Part shown: one piece after another, positions 30,729 through 38,907 of the stretch
How positions within the stretch are numbered: the stretch's first letter is position 1
Layout of the letters: each line of letters begins with the position of its first letter
NCBI GenBank assembly: GCA_965207885.1
Contig: OZ242311.1
Location: 1,792,001 to 1,856,000, forward strand
Source: Candidatus Latescibacterota bacterium
GTDB lineage: Bacteria; Latescibacterota; UBA2968
Reading direction: 5' to 3'
Length of the DNA: 64,000 nt
Position numbers and translations under genes: made by a program
Notes under the pieces: generated by a model
Seen by the model: the letters and a program-made list of their open reading frames with translations, nothing else
The model's database searches: none
Told to the model about the DNA's origin: nothing

Positions 30729-31125
30729 TGTCGAATATGTGATCGTGGGAGCTTACGCGCTTTCACATCATGGTGTACCGAGATACACCGGGGATCTGGA
30801 CATTTTGATTCGGGCAGAAACCGAAAATGCGCGACGTATCTTAGATGCTCTATCTGAATTTGGATTTGGAAATCTGGAATTGACATTGACAGACTTTACC
30901 ATGCCCAATCATGTCATTCAACTTGGATATCCTCCCGTGCGCGTTGATCTAATTACGTCAATCACAGGTGTCTCGTGGGAAGAAGTAGCAGAAAATAAGG
31001 AAACGGGAATATATGGCAGCATTGAGGTCTTTTATATCGGGCGACCTCAACTGGTGAAAAACAAACGTCTTACTGGTCGCCAAAAGGATTTGGCCGATCT
31101 GGAGGCACTGGAAGAAAGTGAGTAA
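30676..31125 (+). CDS. Nucleotidyltransferase family protein
   Basis: YVIVGAYA...HGVPRYTGDLDI, RVDLIT, NKRLTGRQKDLADL. Confidence 0.85.
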   Translation: MEVQEDFKELLALLNAHDVEYVIVGAYALSHHGVPRYTGDLDILIRAETENARRILDALSEFGFGNLELTLTDFTMPNHVIQLGYPPVRVDLITSITGVSWEEVAENKETGIYGSIEVFYIGRPQLVKNKRLTGRQKDLADLEALEESE

Positions 31126-31155
31126 AAATCGCCGAGATGTTGTTCCCTATTGTAT

Positions 31156-31189
31156 AAAAGCCTTGCAGAATCTTCTGTAAGGCTTTTTT
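31156..31189 (+). terminator. Rho-independent terminator, possibly bidirectional
   Basis: AAAAGCCTTGCAGAA-TC-TTCTGTAAGGCTTTTTT. Confidence 0.8.
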
Positions 31190-31299
31190 CGCATTAATCT
31201 TTACTCTCCTCTACAATCCTCCCAATAGAAACCATCTTGCTGATAGAACTGTCAAAAGATAAATCTCCGTTGTAAGACGCTATCTATCAGGGAGGATTC

Positions 31300-31644
31300 A
31301 TGACCATCATACGATACCCGGGAAAAGCAGTTGGCCGCAGTGAATCCGTCGAACACAATGGCATTCTCTATACAGCTGTCATTGCGCCGGACTTATCTGC
31401 AGACTTCAAAAGCCAGACCCAGCAAGCACTCGAACAGTTGGACACAAACCTCGATGAAGCTGGAACCGATAAGACTTGTCTCCTCTCCGTCACGATCTAC
31501 ATCACAGATATGTCCAGGAAACCCATCCTGAACGAAATTTGGGACGCCTGGATCGGTCCCTACAATTGGCCCCAGCGCGCCTGTATAGAAGCCAAACTCG
31601 AAGGAAATACACTTGTAGAAATGGTCGCGATTGCTGCAAAATAG
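31300..31644 (+). CDS. RidA/YjgF family protein
   Basis: QTQQAL...AGTDKTCLLSVTIYITDM...NEIWDAW...PQRACIEA...LVEM. Confidence 0.9.
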   Translation: MTIIRYPGKAVGRSESVEHNGILYTAVIAPDLSADFKSQTQQALEQLDTNLDEAGTDKTCLLSVTIYITDMSRKPILNEIWDAWIGPYNWPQRACIEAKLEGNTLVEMVAIAAK

Positions 31645-31668
31645 CATCGAATTGAGGGAATAATCGCA

Positions 31669-32160
31669 ATGGACACACACATCAGAGTCAGCACAAAAGC
31701 TCTCATTCTCCGAGACAACGCCATTCTGCTCGTGGAATACGATGACGAAACAGGACTTCACTACAACATGCCGGGAGGTGGTGTTGAACTGGATGAGACT
31801 CTGGAAGAAGCGCTTAAAAGAGAAATGCAAGAAGAGACCTGCGCTGAGGTCGAAGTAGGCCAGCCACTCATCATCACGGAATACGAACCGAAGAGAAATG
31901 CATTCTGGGGAGGAACGCGTCACTCACTCACAGTAATCTTCGAGTGCAGGCTCACAGGTGATACAGAACCCCAAATGCCACAAAAACCGGACTCCAACCA
32001 GACAGCGGTCAAATGGATACCCCTCGTTGACCTCGACAAAGTGGAATTACTCCCACACGTCACAGATCACATACTGGCCTACGCGAACAAACAGGAAAAC
32101 CACTACCCAATCTATCTCTGCGAACCCATAAACCCCGACAAAGTGCAGAAATACCTTTGA
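31669..32160 (+). CDS. NUDIX hydrolase
   Basis: Nudix box PGGGVELDETLEEALKREMQEE. Confidence 0.95.
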   Translation: MDTHIRVSTKALILRDNAILLVEYDDETGLHYNMPGGGVELDETLEEALKREMQEETCAEVEVGQPLIITEYEPKRNAFWGGTRHSLTVIFECRLTGDTEPQMPQKPDSNQTAVKWIPLVDLDKVELLPHVTDHILAYANKQENHYPIYLCEPINPDKVQKYL

Positions 32161-32183
32161 TGCACTCTATTTAATCGGAGATA

Positions 32184-32999
32184 TTGTCAAATATGGACCC
32201 ATCCATCCTTAATTACTACGGGACCTATTATAATGAAATTGACCGATTCAATGATGGCAGCGGTCACCTGGAATACATACGCTCAAAACAGATTCTGGAT
32301 CGGTACTTACCCCAGGCCCCTGTCAACATCCTCGATGTCGGTGGCGGTCCAGGCGCGTACTCGTCCTGGCTCGCCGAGAAAGGACACAAAGTCCATCTAA
32401 TTGATCCCGTCCCTCGACATCTCAAGGAAGCGGAAGAACGCGCAAGAAAGAACCCTCTGAAAAGCATCCAGAAAGGCGATGCGCGCAGCTTGAGATGGTC
32501 AGACGAAACCGTGGACATCGTCTTGCTCATGGGGCCATTATATCACCTTACGAAGGCCGAAGATCGAAAAAAGGCACTTCACGAGGCCAGAAGAGTTCTG
32601 AAACCTGGAGGGATCCTATTTGCAGCCGCAATCACGCGATTTGCATCTCTACTCGACGGCATAAGATCCGGGGCGATCCTCGACCCAGCCTTCCGAGCAA
32701 TTGTGGCGCGTGACTTAAAGGACGGACAACATCGCAACCCCGACGAAAACAAAGACTACTTTACCACTGCCTACTTCCATCGCCCAGAGGAACTAACTGT
32801 CGAAATCACTGAATGCGGATTCGCCCAGTGCCAGACACTTGCCGTAGAAGGTGCCGCCTGGTTGCTCGGAGATATAAAAGAACAATTGGAAGACCCTGAA
32901 CGCCGCGATATACTTCTCGATGCAATACAGAAACTTGAGAAGGAGCCATCGCTACTTGGCGCTTCTCCGCACATTATGGCAGTGGCCAGGAAACCTTGA
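32184..32999 (+). CDS. Class I SAM-dependent methyltransferase
   Basis: LDVGGGPG, GDAR, LLMGPLYHL, RVLKPGG. Confidence 0.9.
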   Translation: MSNMDPSILNYYGTYYNEIDRFNDGSGHLEYIRSKQILDRYLPQAPVNILDVGGGPGAYSSWLAEKGHKVHLIDPVPRHLKEAEERARKNPLKSIQKGDARSLRWSDETVDIVLLMGPLYHLTKAEDRKKALHEARRVLKPGGILFAAAITRFASLLDGIRSGAILDPAFRAIVARDLKDGQHRNPDENKDYFTTAYFHRPEELTVEITECGFAQCQTLAVEGAAWLLGDIKEQLEDPERRDILLDAIQKLEKEPSLLGASPHIMAVARKP

Positions 33000-33069
33000 A
33001 TACTTTCCCCTGATAGATCATCGTCTTTTTAAGAAGACCATCCCTAATATCATTCAGGAATCAACAAAA

Positions 33070-34086
33070 ATGCCCTCAGACAAAAGAAGCGGCAATATGG
33101 ACCCTCGGCTTGCATTGGCTTTGTCCGAAATAGACGCCATCGTGCAAGCAACGCCCAATCTAACACTTGATGAAGACTATTTGCCCGGATTTCCAGGCGG
33201 AACGAATACAGCTCTTTTTGGCCACCTGAACGGCAAGCCCATCGTCTTTAAATATTTCCATGATAAAGAGAGAAAAAACCATGAAGAAAAAGTATTGGAA
33301 CTCTTCCAAAAAACTGGATATGTCCCACAAATTTATCCGATCAAAAACGACTCAGTCCTCATAATTGAACGATTGCCCGGACTACCGTTTTTCATGGTTG
33401 AAGAGAATATAAGCCTGGACGAATGGGAAGGTCTTTTTAATCAACTGGGACAGGTGCTCGCGAGAATTGTCAAAATTGCCCCTGGCGCTGATTTAGCAAC
33501 TTCTGGAAGACAGGATCTACCGCGTGAACCTGGTTTTGATTACAAATTCTACTGTACTGCAAACTTAGAAACATTCTTTGACACAGTCATAGAAATATCC
33601 GCTGGCGTCTTAGAAACGAGTGATTTACCACATCAGTCTCTCTTAGAAAATTCTCTCAATAATCTACGGGCAAATAGAGATGCAATTCTGGCATATCGCA
33701 GTTTTATATTCTTAGACGATTTTCATTATAGTAACATCATCGCCCAGGGTCCCTCTCTACAAGGATTTATAGATCTGGAGATGTCGCGCTACAGCAACGA
33801 AGTCCTGGTTCTGGGATCTGTTATGGCTTCCGTTATACCCAGCCAATTAGAACGCTGGTCCTGGATCAAAACGGGCTATGAAGCTATCCGCGAAAATAGA
33901 CTTGATCCCGAAACAATCTACCTATCAGAAATTGTTGCGCCATTCAACCGTTGGATTCGGTTTATGTGGTATTGGGGGTGTGACGAGGTACCAGACTGGG
34001 CCAAAGAAAAAAATCTTCGAATGTCAATCATCCAAGACATTAAGGACGTCGTGAATATCATTGAATCGTTGAGAGCTATATCCTGA
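33070..34086 (+). CDS. APH/choline kinase-like phosphotransferase
   Basis: IVFKYF, DDFHYSNI (HxxN), FIDLE; start chosen at ATG 33070 after AGGA. Confidence 0.75.
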   Translation: MPSDKRSGNMDPRLALALSEIDAIVQATPNLTLDEDYLPGFPGGTNTALFGHLNGKPIVFKYFHDKERKNHEEKVLELFQKTGYVPQIYPIKNDSVLIIERLPGLPFFMVEENISLDEWEGLFNQLGQVLARIVKIAPGADLATSGRQDLPREPGFDYKFYCTANLETFFDTVIEISAGVLETSDLPHQSLLENSLNNLRANRDAILAYRSFIFLDDFHYSNIIAQGPSLQGFIDLEMSRYSNEVLVLGSVMASVIPSQLERWSWIKTGYEAIRENRLDPETIYLSEIVAPFNRWIRFMWYWGCDEVPDWAKEKNLRMSIIQDIKDVVNIIESLRAIS

Positions 34087-34126
34087 AAGGTCACATCACA
34101 TGAGAACAAACCAGGCTGACCAATGC
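34086..34126 (+). repeat. Junction repeat A, copy 1
   Basis: 36/41 identical to 36045-36085. Confidence 0.85.
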
Positions 34127-34582
34127 GGCATGTATAGTGCCCTCTTCCTGGACCTCGGAGGGACTCTCGTTCGGATAGAAGATGATGAAATCTTCACGGA
34201 CGCCGCTGGAAACGTGGAACTCCTGCCAAATACCGTTGAAATTCTCATGCAAAGGGCACAGGACTTCGACGCGATATTTATTATCACGAATCAATCGGGT
34301 ATAGAAAAGGGAACCTTATCGGTAGAGCGCGCGAAGTCCTTTATCGACCAAGTCAACACCGCAATCGGGGACCTGATCACAGATTACTGGGTGTGCCCGC
34401 ACATCGAATCACCATATAGAAAACCAAACCCTAACATGATCAATGGCCTTGCCGACAAACACTTTGTCGATGTCAAACAATCAGTAATGGTCGGAGATAC
34501 AGAAATTGATCAGCAGTCGGCTCAAAATGCCGGTATTGGTTATTTCATCTGGGCCAGGGACTTCTTCGAAAGACAAGACTGA
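34100..34582 (+). CDS. HAD-IIIA phosphatase (GmhB/HisB-N-like)
   Basis: FLDLGGTL, ITNQSG, CPH...RKPNP, MVGD; the start may be the second Met. Confidence 0.85.
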   Translation: MRTNQADQCGMYSALFLDLGGTLVRIEDDEIFTDAAGNVELLPNTVEILMQRAQDFDAIFIITNQSGIEKGTLSVERAKSFIDQVNTAIGDLITDYWVCPHIESPYRKPNPNMINGLADKHFVDVKQSVMVGDTEIDQQSAQNAGIGYFIWARDFFERQD

Positions 34583-34588
34583 ACACCT
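34569..34588 (+). repeat. Junction repeat B, copy 1
   Basis: AAAGACAAGACTGAACACCT identical at 36574-36593. Confidence 0.85.
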
Positions 34589-34613
34589 AATAAAAAATGA
34601 CTGTGAGAATATC

Positions 34614-35066
34614 ATGTTAATCACTGTCCGTGCTGCACAATTGAGTGACTTGCCCCAGTTGGCTAAAATGAATAGCTGTCTCGTGGATGACCAGGGTAGC
34701 GAGAATCCGTTTTCATTGACAGAATACCAGGACCGGTTTCGCGAGTGGTTAGATACCAATATATGGACAGTAGATGTATTTCTACATGATGGACAGGTAG
34801 TAGGCTATTCTGTCTATCAAGAACGTACTGACTACTATGATCCAAACGAGGCAGTAGTTTATATCCGACAGTATTACATCGAACGCTCTCATCGTCGGCT
34901 TGGCATAGGTAAAGCGGCCTTCCAGATTCTGATAGACACGCGCTTTCCAAAGCATGTGCAATCTATAGCCCTCGATGTCATGGCAACTAATTCAGTAGGC
35001 CAGAATTTTTGGAGAAAGATGGGCTTTGACGAATATTTTATTTCGATGAAAAAAGAACTGAAATAA
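34614..35066 (+). CDS. GNAT family N-acetyltransferase
   Basis: YIRQYYIERSHRRLGIGK, N...FWRKMGF. Confidence 0.9.
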   Translation: MLITVRAAQLSDLPQLAKMNSCLVDDQGSENPFSLTEYQDRFREWLDTNIWTVDVFLHDGQVVGYSVYQERTDYYDPNEAVVYIRQYYIERSHRRLGIGKAAFQILIDTRFPKHVQSIALDVMATNSVGQNFWRKMGFDEYFISMKKELK

Positions 35067-35095
35067 CTCTCAGGCCGCATAGCACGATTTGAAAT

Positions 35096-36046
35096 ATGTC
35101 CCATTCTAAACTACTGGATCGCAATCCGACATGGCACGGCTTGATAGGTGGGAAAATGCCCCCTTTCCCGGCAGCAATTGTGCAGCATGTCCTCGCTCGT
35201 TTTGAGATTGAGAACCCAGCCAGATTAAAAGCATGGCCTTTCGGTCCATTTGACATTATAGCTGCCTTTGAATATCGCAACACCCCCTATCTCTTAAAGG
35301 GTCGCCACATCGAACAAAGAGGTGTCAAGTCACTGTTTCAAACGCAGGACATACAAAAGCAACTCCTTCGACTGGGCTTCCCCGTATCAGACTTTATAGC
35401 CAATTCTTCCGGCGAAACACTGGCACAAGGTCCCGACTGGCAAGATGACGAAAACATCTTTTATGAAATTCAGACCATTCTCCCCGGCGTGCCATTTTCT
35501 CCTGATACGCACACAGCTCTCTTAGCGGGGAAATTGCTCGGACAACTCCACCTTATCGGACAGGAAATTCATTCGGATCTCCTGAGCAAGTTTTACTACA
35601 TTGATACATTTGTAGATAGATTTCCCAATCAGTTACAGATATCCCTTCAAGATGATAGAGATTTACAACGCGGAGAAAGCCAGGAGATCAAAGACTCTAT
35701 ATCGCGATTATCGGATGCTTCGACACGTTTCTCACTTACGCATCGCCTGACACACGGCGACTTCACGCCCGATAATCTCTTGATGAACCAAAACCAGCTT
35801 TTCTTGATCGATAATGATGAACTTGGATTTGGCGTTGCGGCGGTCGATATCGCGTGGGGGCTAACCTATTTGTTTGGACTGAACATCGGATTGGGACAGA
35901 TCTTTCTGAATGAGTACATAAAGCACGTTCCCGAATTTGCCGAAAACGATCTTCTGGCTGTTAAAGACTACCTCCTGGCCTTAAACATACAAGCGTACAA
36001 TGTGTCAGAATTGTTAGATATCCTGCATACATTGCTCTCTATTTAA
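35096..36046 (+). CDS. APH/type II homoserine kinase-like phosphotransferase
   Basis: YLLK, GKLLGQLH, THGDFTPDNLL, LIDND. Confidence 0.85.
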   Translation: MSHSKLLDRNPTWHGLIGGKMPPFPAAIVQHVLARFEIENPARLKAWPFGPFDIIAAFEYRNTPYLLKGRHIEQRGVKSLFQTQDIQKQLLRLGFPVSDFIANSSGETLAQGPDWQDDENIFYEIQTILPGVPFSPDTHTALLAGKLLGQLHLIGQEIHSDLLSKFYYIDTFVDRFPNQLQISLQDDRDLQRGESQEIKDSISRLSDASTRFSLTHRLTHGDFTPDNLLMNQNQLFLIDNDELGFGVAAVDIAWGLTYLFGLNIGLGQIFLNEYIKHVPEFAENDLLAVKDYLLALNIQAYNVSELLDILHTLLSI

Positions 36047-36085
36047 AGGTTACATGACATGAGAACGAACTCGGCTGACCAATGC
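36045..36085 (+). repeat. Junction repeat A, copy 2
   Basis: 36/41 identical to 34086-34126. Confidence 0.85.
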
Positions 36086-36101
36086 AGACTGAGGACATAT
36101 C

Positions 36102-36191
36102 ATGCCTAACTTAGACCGCATTGAAATCAATCCCAAGGTGATGATGGGAAAACCCGTGGTGAAGGGAACGCGCATTCCAGTCGAACGGATT
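36102..36191 (+). pseudogene. 5' stub of a DUF433 antitoxin-like gene
   Basis: RIEINPKVMMGKPVVKGTRIPVERI is the DUF433 N-terminus; similarity ends where the next gene starts. Confidence 0.8.
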
Positions 36192-36196
36192 AGACT

Positions 36197-36568
36197 ATGG
36201 CAAAATTTGAAGAATCCAGGTGGGGCGAAACAGAATATGCCCAAGAATATCAAGATCATTCGCAACACTTTTTACCGGAACGAAATACGCATTTCGAGAT
36301 ACTTGCTTCATTCTACCAGCATTTTGTTCAGAAAAAGCGAGTACTTGATCTCGGATGTGGCGACGGAATTATAAGCGAGAGACTATTCCTTATAGATCCT
36401 CATATCCAACTGGTAGCGGTCGATGGCTCTGAAGAAATGCTTTCAGCCGCCCAAAAGAGGCTTGCCGTATATGACGTGGAAAACTTCATCAAAATGCCTT
36501 TCGAAGACATAATCGCCTGCCATTATCGATATGGGCTTTTTGGAATATATAGCGGAAGAAAGCTCTGA
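36197..36568 (+). pseudogene. Class I methyltransferase with internal in-frame deletion
   Basis: VLDLGCGDG and VDGSEEML present, then a jump to a C-terminal CHYRYGLFGIYSGRK; only 123 aa. Confidence 0.65.
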
Positions 36569-36573
36569 CGGCA

Positions 36574-36593
36574 AAAGACAAGACTGAACACCT
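36574..36593 (+). repeat. Junction repeat B, copy 2
   Basis: 20/20 identical to 34569-34588. Confidence 0.85.
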
Positions 36594-36612
36594 GATGAGA
36601 GGAAAAACAAAC

Positions 36613-37200
36613 ATGTGGACGCCAGTTGAGACTCAATTCTACGCCAAACAGAATCCCATTGGCATAATATGCATCGGAGATTTTCAAGAAGCTCATACAA
36701 TCCGAACATTTGCCGAAAGTCTAAACCTGGCAGTCAGATTCTATAGAATCGGAACACCGGGTGATTTTCTGAAGGTCATCAGTCGTGAACCTGAATTGCC
36801 TCCCTGTATCATTATCTGCGGTCATGGGGATGAAAATGGGATTGTCTTTGGCGATTACATAGAGGGCATTGATACATCAATGCTAAAGGACGAGAGCATG
36901 CCGCCAGAGAGTATTGAAAAACATGCAAATCTGACTGATCGAATTGTTGTGAATACGTGTTGTGTAGGCGGGACAGACGCAATGGCAAGCGCATTTTTGA
37001 AGAGTAAGCCGAGATGCTACATCGGATCTCTGGATTACCAAAATGCCGCGTCAACGACCATCTTCGTGACATTATTTCTAGATCAGTTATTGAAAAAAAA
37101 TAAGCCAGTGCTGGAAGCGTGGAATCGGGCAGCCTCTTATGATGGTGAAACACGTCACTTTGCTTTTTATGATTCCAACGGACGTCGAAAAATTGAATAA
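36613..37200 (+). CDS. Hypothetical protein, possible caspase/CHAT-like fold
   Basis: GAGG RBS; IIICGHG and IVVNTCC motifs, then AFL...YIG. Confidence 0.6.
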   Translation: MWTPVETQFYAKQNPIGIICIGDFQEAHTIRTFAESLNLAVRFYRIGTPGDFLKVISREPELPPCIIICGHGDENGIVFGDYIEGIDTSMLKDESMPPESIEKHANLTDRIVVNTCCVGGTDAMASAFLKSKPRCYIGSLDYQNAASTTIFVTLFLDQLLKKNKPVLEAWNRAASYDGETRHFAFYDSNGRRKIE

Positions 37201-37244
37201 GTTTCATTGCAAACTGCGAAAATGTTATACCCTACCGAGCAATC

Positions 37245-38279
37245 ATGGACACGATACCCCGCATAATCAGAATAGAAGCCGATGATCCGTACTCTGCTGG
37301 CGTCCGACTTGGCGAGAGCCTCGGCCGTAGTTTTGGTCCCTACCTTGAAAATTACCTTGCTGCCCGAATTCTGGCAGCGAAGAACTGCGCTAAACCCTCG
37401 GAAACGCATGCTGTAACGTGGATCAGTTCTCTACCCCAGCATATAAGTGACAGATTTCGGGGCCTCTCTAAAGGGAGTGGGATACCGTTCGAGCGCATAG
37501 CACATTGGGGTTATCAGGAAATAGCACTCAGTCAGGGCTGTAGCAGCATCATCTGTCGGTCCAAAGGCAAAGTCTGGATTGGTCACAACAACGACACCTT
37601 TGTACCCGAGTTATGGGGATATATCACTATCCTGGAGATCAAGGGTCGCATCCCAACCATGTACTTCGGACTTGCGGGAGATATATGGGCGACCGCTGGA
37701 ATCAACAAGGCGAAGCTATGGCTACACGTTGACCACTTGAAGGCGACTGATAAGCCAGACAGTAGAAAAGCCGTCCTGCCGACGTATGGCTTCATTGTTG
37801 AAGCTCTGGAGACGTGTGAAACTATTGATGATGTGCGGGGGCTTCTGAACAAAATTGACAGAACAGAGGGAATGATCCTGATAGCTGCGGATGGCAAAAC
37901 AGATGAAGTAGCCATCTTCGAATGCTCATGTTCGAGATGGAGACTATCGAGAGTCAAAACGGATTGGGCTGTGAGAACAAACCACGCCATGATAGGACGA
38001 GAAAGCAGAAAAAAAGGAAAGCAACCACGCGACACATGGAGCAGATACAATCGCCTGGCGCAACTTCTCGAAAACAGCTACAACAGCGGAAGGTCCCCAA
38101 CACCGTCGGATTTGAAGACATATCTCGCCGACGACGGAGTGGAGCGAAGAGACAATGAGTTCGCAACCGCGTATTCAGTCGTCGTGTGTCCCACTGCCAG
38201 CAAGACTGAGTTCACCATGGGCGGACAACCAGCGGCCAGTTGTGGAAACTGGTCTCATATTGAGTGGCCGTGGCACTAA
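37245..38279 (+). CDS. C45 family peptidase / acyltransferase (Ntn hydrolase)
   Basis: GCSSI autoproteolysis site, GHNND, GIN, TNH, SRYNRL. Confidence 0.85.
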   Translation: MDTIPRIIRIEADDPYSAGVRLGESLGRSFGPYLENYLAARILAAKNCAKPSETHAVTWISSLPQHISDRFRGLSKGSGIPFERIAHWGYQEIALSQGCSSIICRSKGKVWIGHNNDTFVPELWGYITILEIKGRIPTMYFGLAGDIWATAGINKAKLWLHVDHLKATDKPDSRKAVLPTYGFIVEALETCETIDDVRGLLNKIDRTEGMILIAADGKTDEVAIFECSCSRWRLSRVKTDWAVRTNHAMIGRESRKKGKQPRDTWSRYNRLAQLLENSYNSGRSPTPSDLKTYLADDGVERRDNEFATAYSVVVCPTASKTEFTMGGQPAASCGNWSHIEWPWH

Positions 38280-38692
38280 GGAATTTCTAATATCGCGGGA
38301 AGGTCAGTCAATGAACTGATTTCGTAATCGGCCTTGATCCCCGTGTCATTTGTCAGACCGTCGCGATTTAGCCAGACCGTATGCGCTCCGGCTGCACAGG
38401 CACCTGCAACATCCTGTTCCAGGGAATCTCCGACGTGTAATAGCTGCGCCAGCGGACAGCACGCCTTTTGTGCGGTAATCTGAAAAATTCTTCGATCAGG
38501 CTTCGCTACACGCACATCCTGGGCAAGCCGATTGCGAATCGCAATCATATCCTCAACAGTAAGGTCTAAAGCGCGCTGGGTCGAAACATGCCTGCGCAAT
38601 TCCCGCAATGTATGCGTTAGCGAATGTCGCATGACCTTATAAAAGTCCCACAAGGTCATATCACCATCAAAAGAAATCGCTGAAATTTGCAA
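38276..38692 (-). pseudogene. HAD hydrolase with probable internal in-frame deletion
   Basis: Motif I FDGDMTL and motifs III/IV KPD..HVGDS..D are present; the cap and motif II region is missing (138 aa). Confidence 0.65.
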
Positions 38693-38706
38693 GATCCCCT
38701 CCTCTC

Positions 38707-38825
38707 AGTGTTCATTTTCGGACACCACTGTATCAAAATCGGACACTTCTTAAGACGTCCATTTCGGGCGATTTTTCGTAACCTGTTGTAATATCAATAT
38801 TTGATTCTTTGGCATAATTTTTGCT
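38707..38825 (+). promoter_or_regulatory. Sigma54 promoter with tandem upstream activator sites (copy 2)
   Basis: TGGCAT-AATTT-TTGCT (GG 38811-12, GC 38823-24); 42 bp identical to 9655-9696. Confidence 0.8.
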
Positions 38826-38907
38826 TAATATTTATTTAAGATGGGAACTGGTCTCATATAGCGTGTCACTAAGGGCTTTCCAATGATTTGTCAACGGAGG
38901 TCTCTCC

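Noticed and set aside
31240-31295. Hairpin CTGATAGA/TCTATCAG next to the RidA RBS as a riboswitch
   Set aside because: Only an 8-bp stem and no recognisable aptamer consensus.
34086-36593. CRISPR array from repeats A and B
   Set aside because: Only two copies each, about 2 kb apart; no regular spacers or cas genes.
12315-38279. Secondary-metabolite biosynthetic cluster
   Set aside because: Tailoring-type enzymes are present but there is no NRPS, PKS, RiPP or terpene core, and the genes are of mixed origin with remnants.
27283-38692. Integron or CALIN
   Set aside because: No tyrosine recombinase; isolated TAAC motifs (e.g. near 27950) have no matching GTTRRRY partner or repeated attC structure that I could see.
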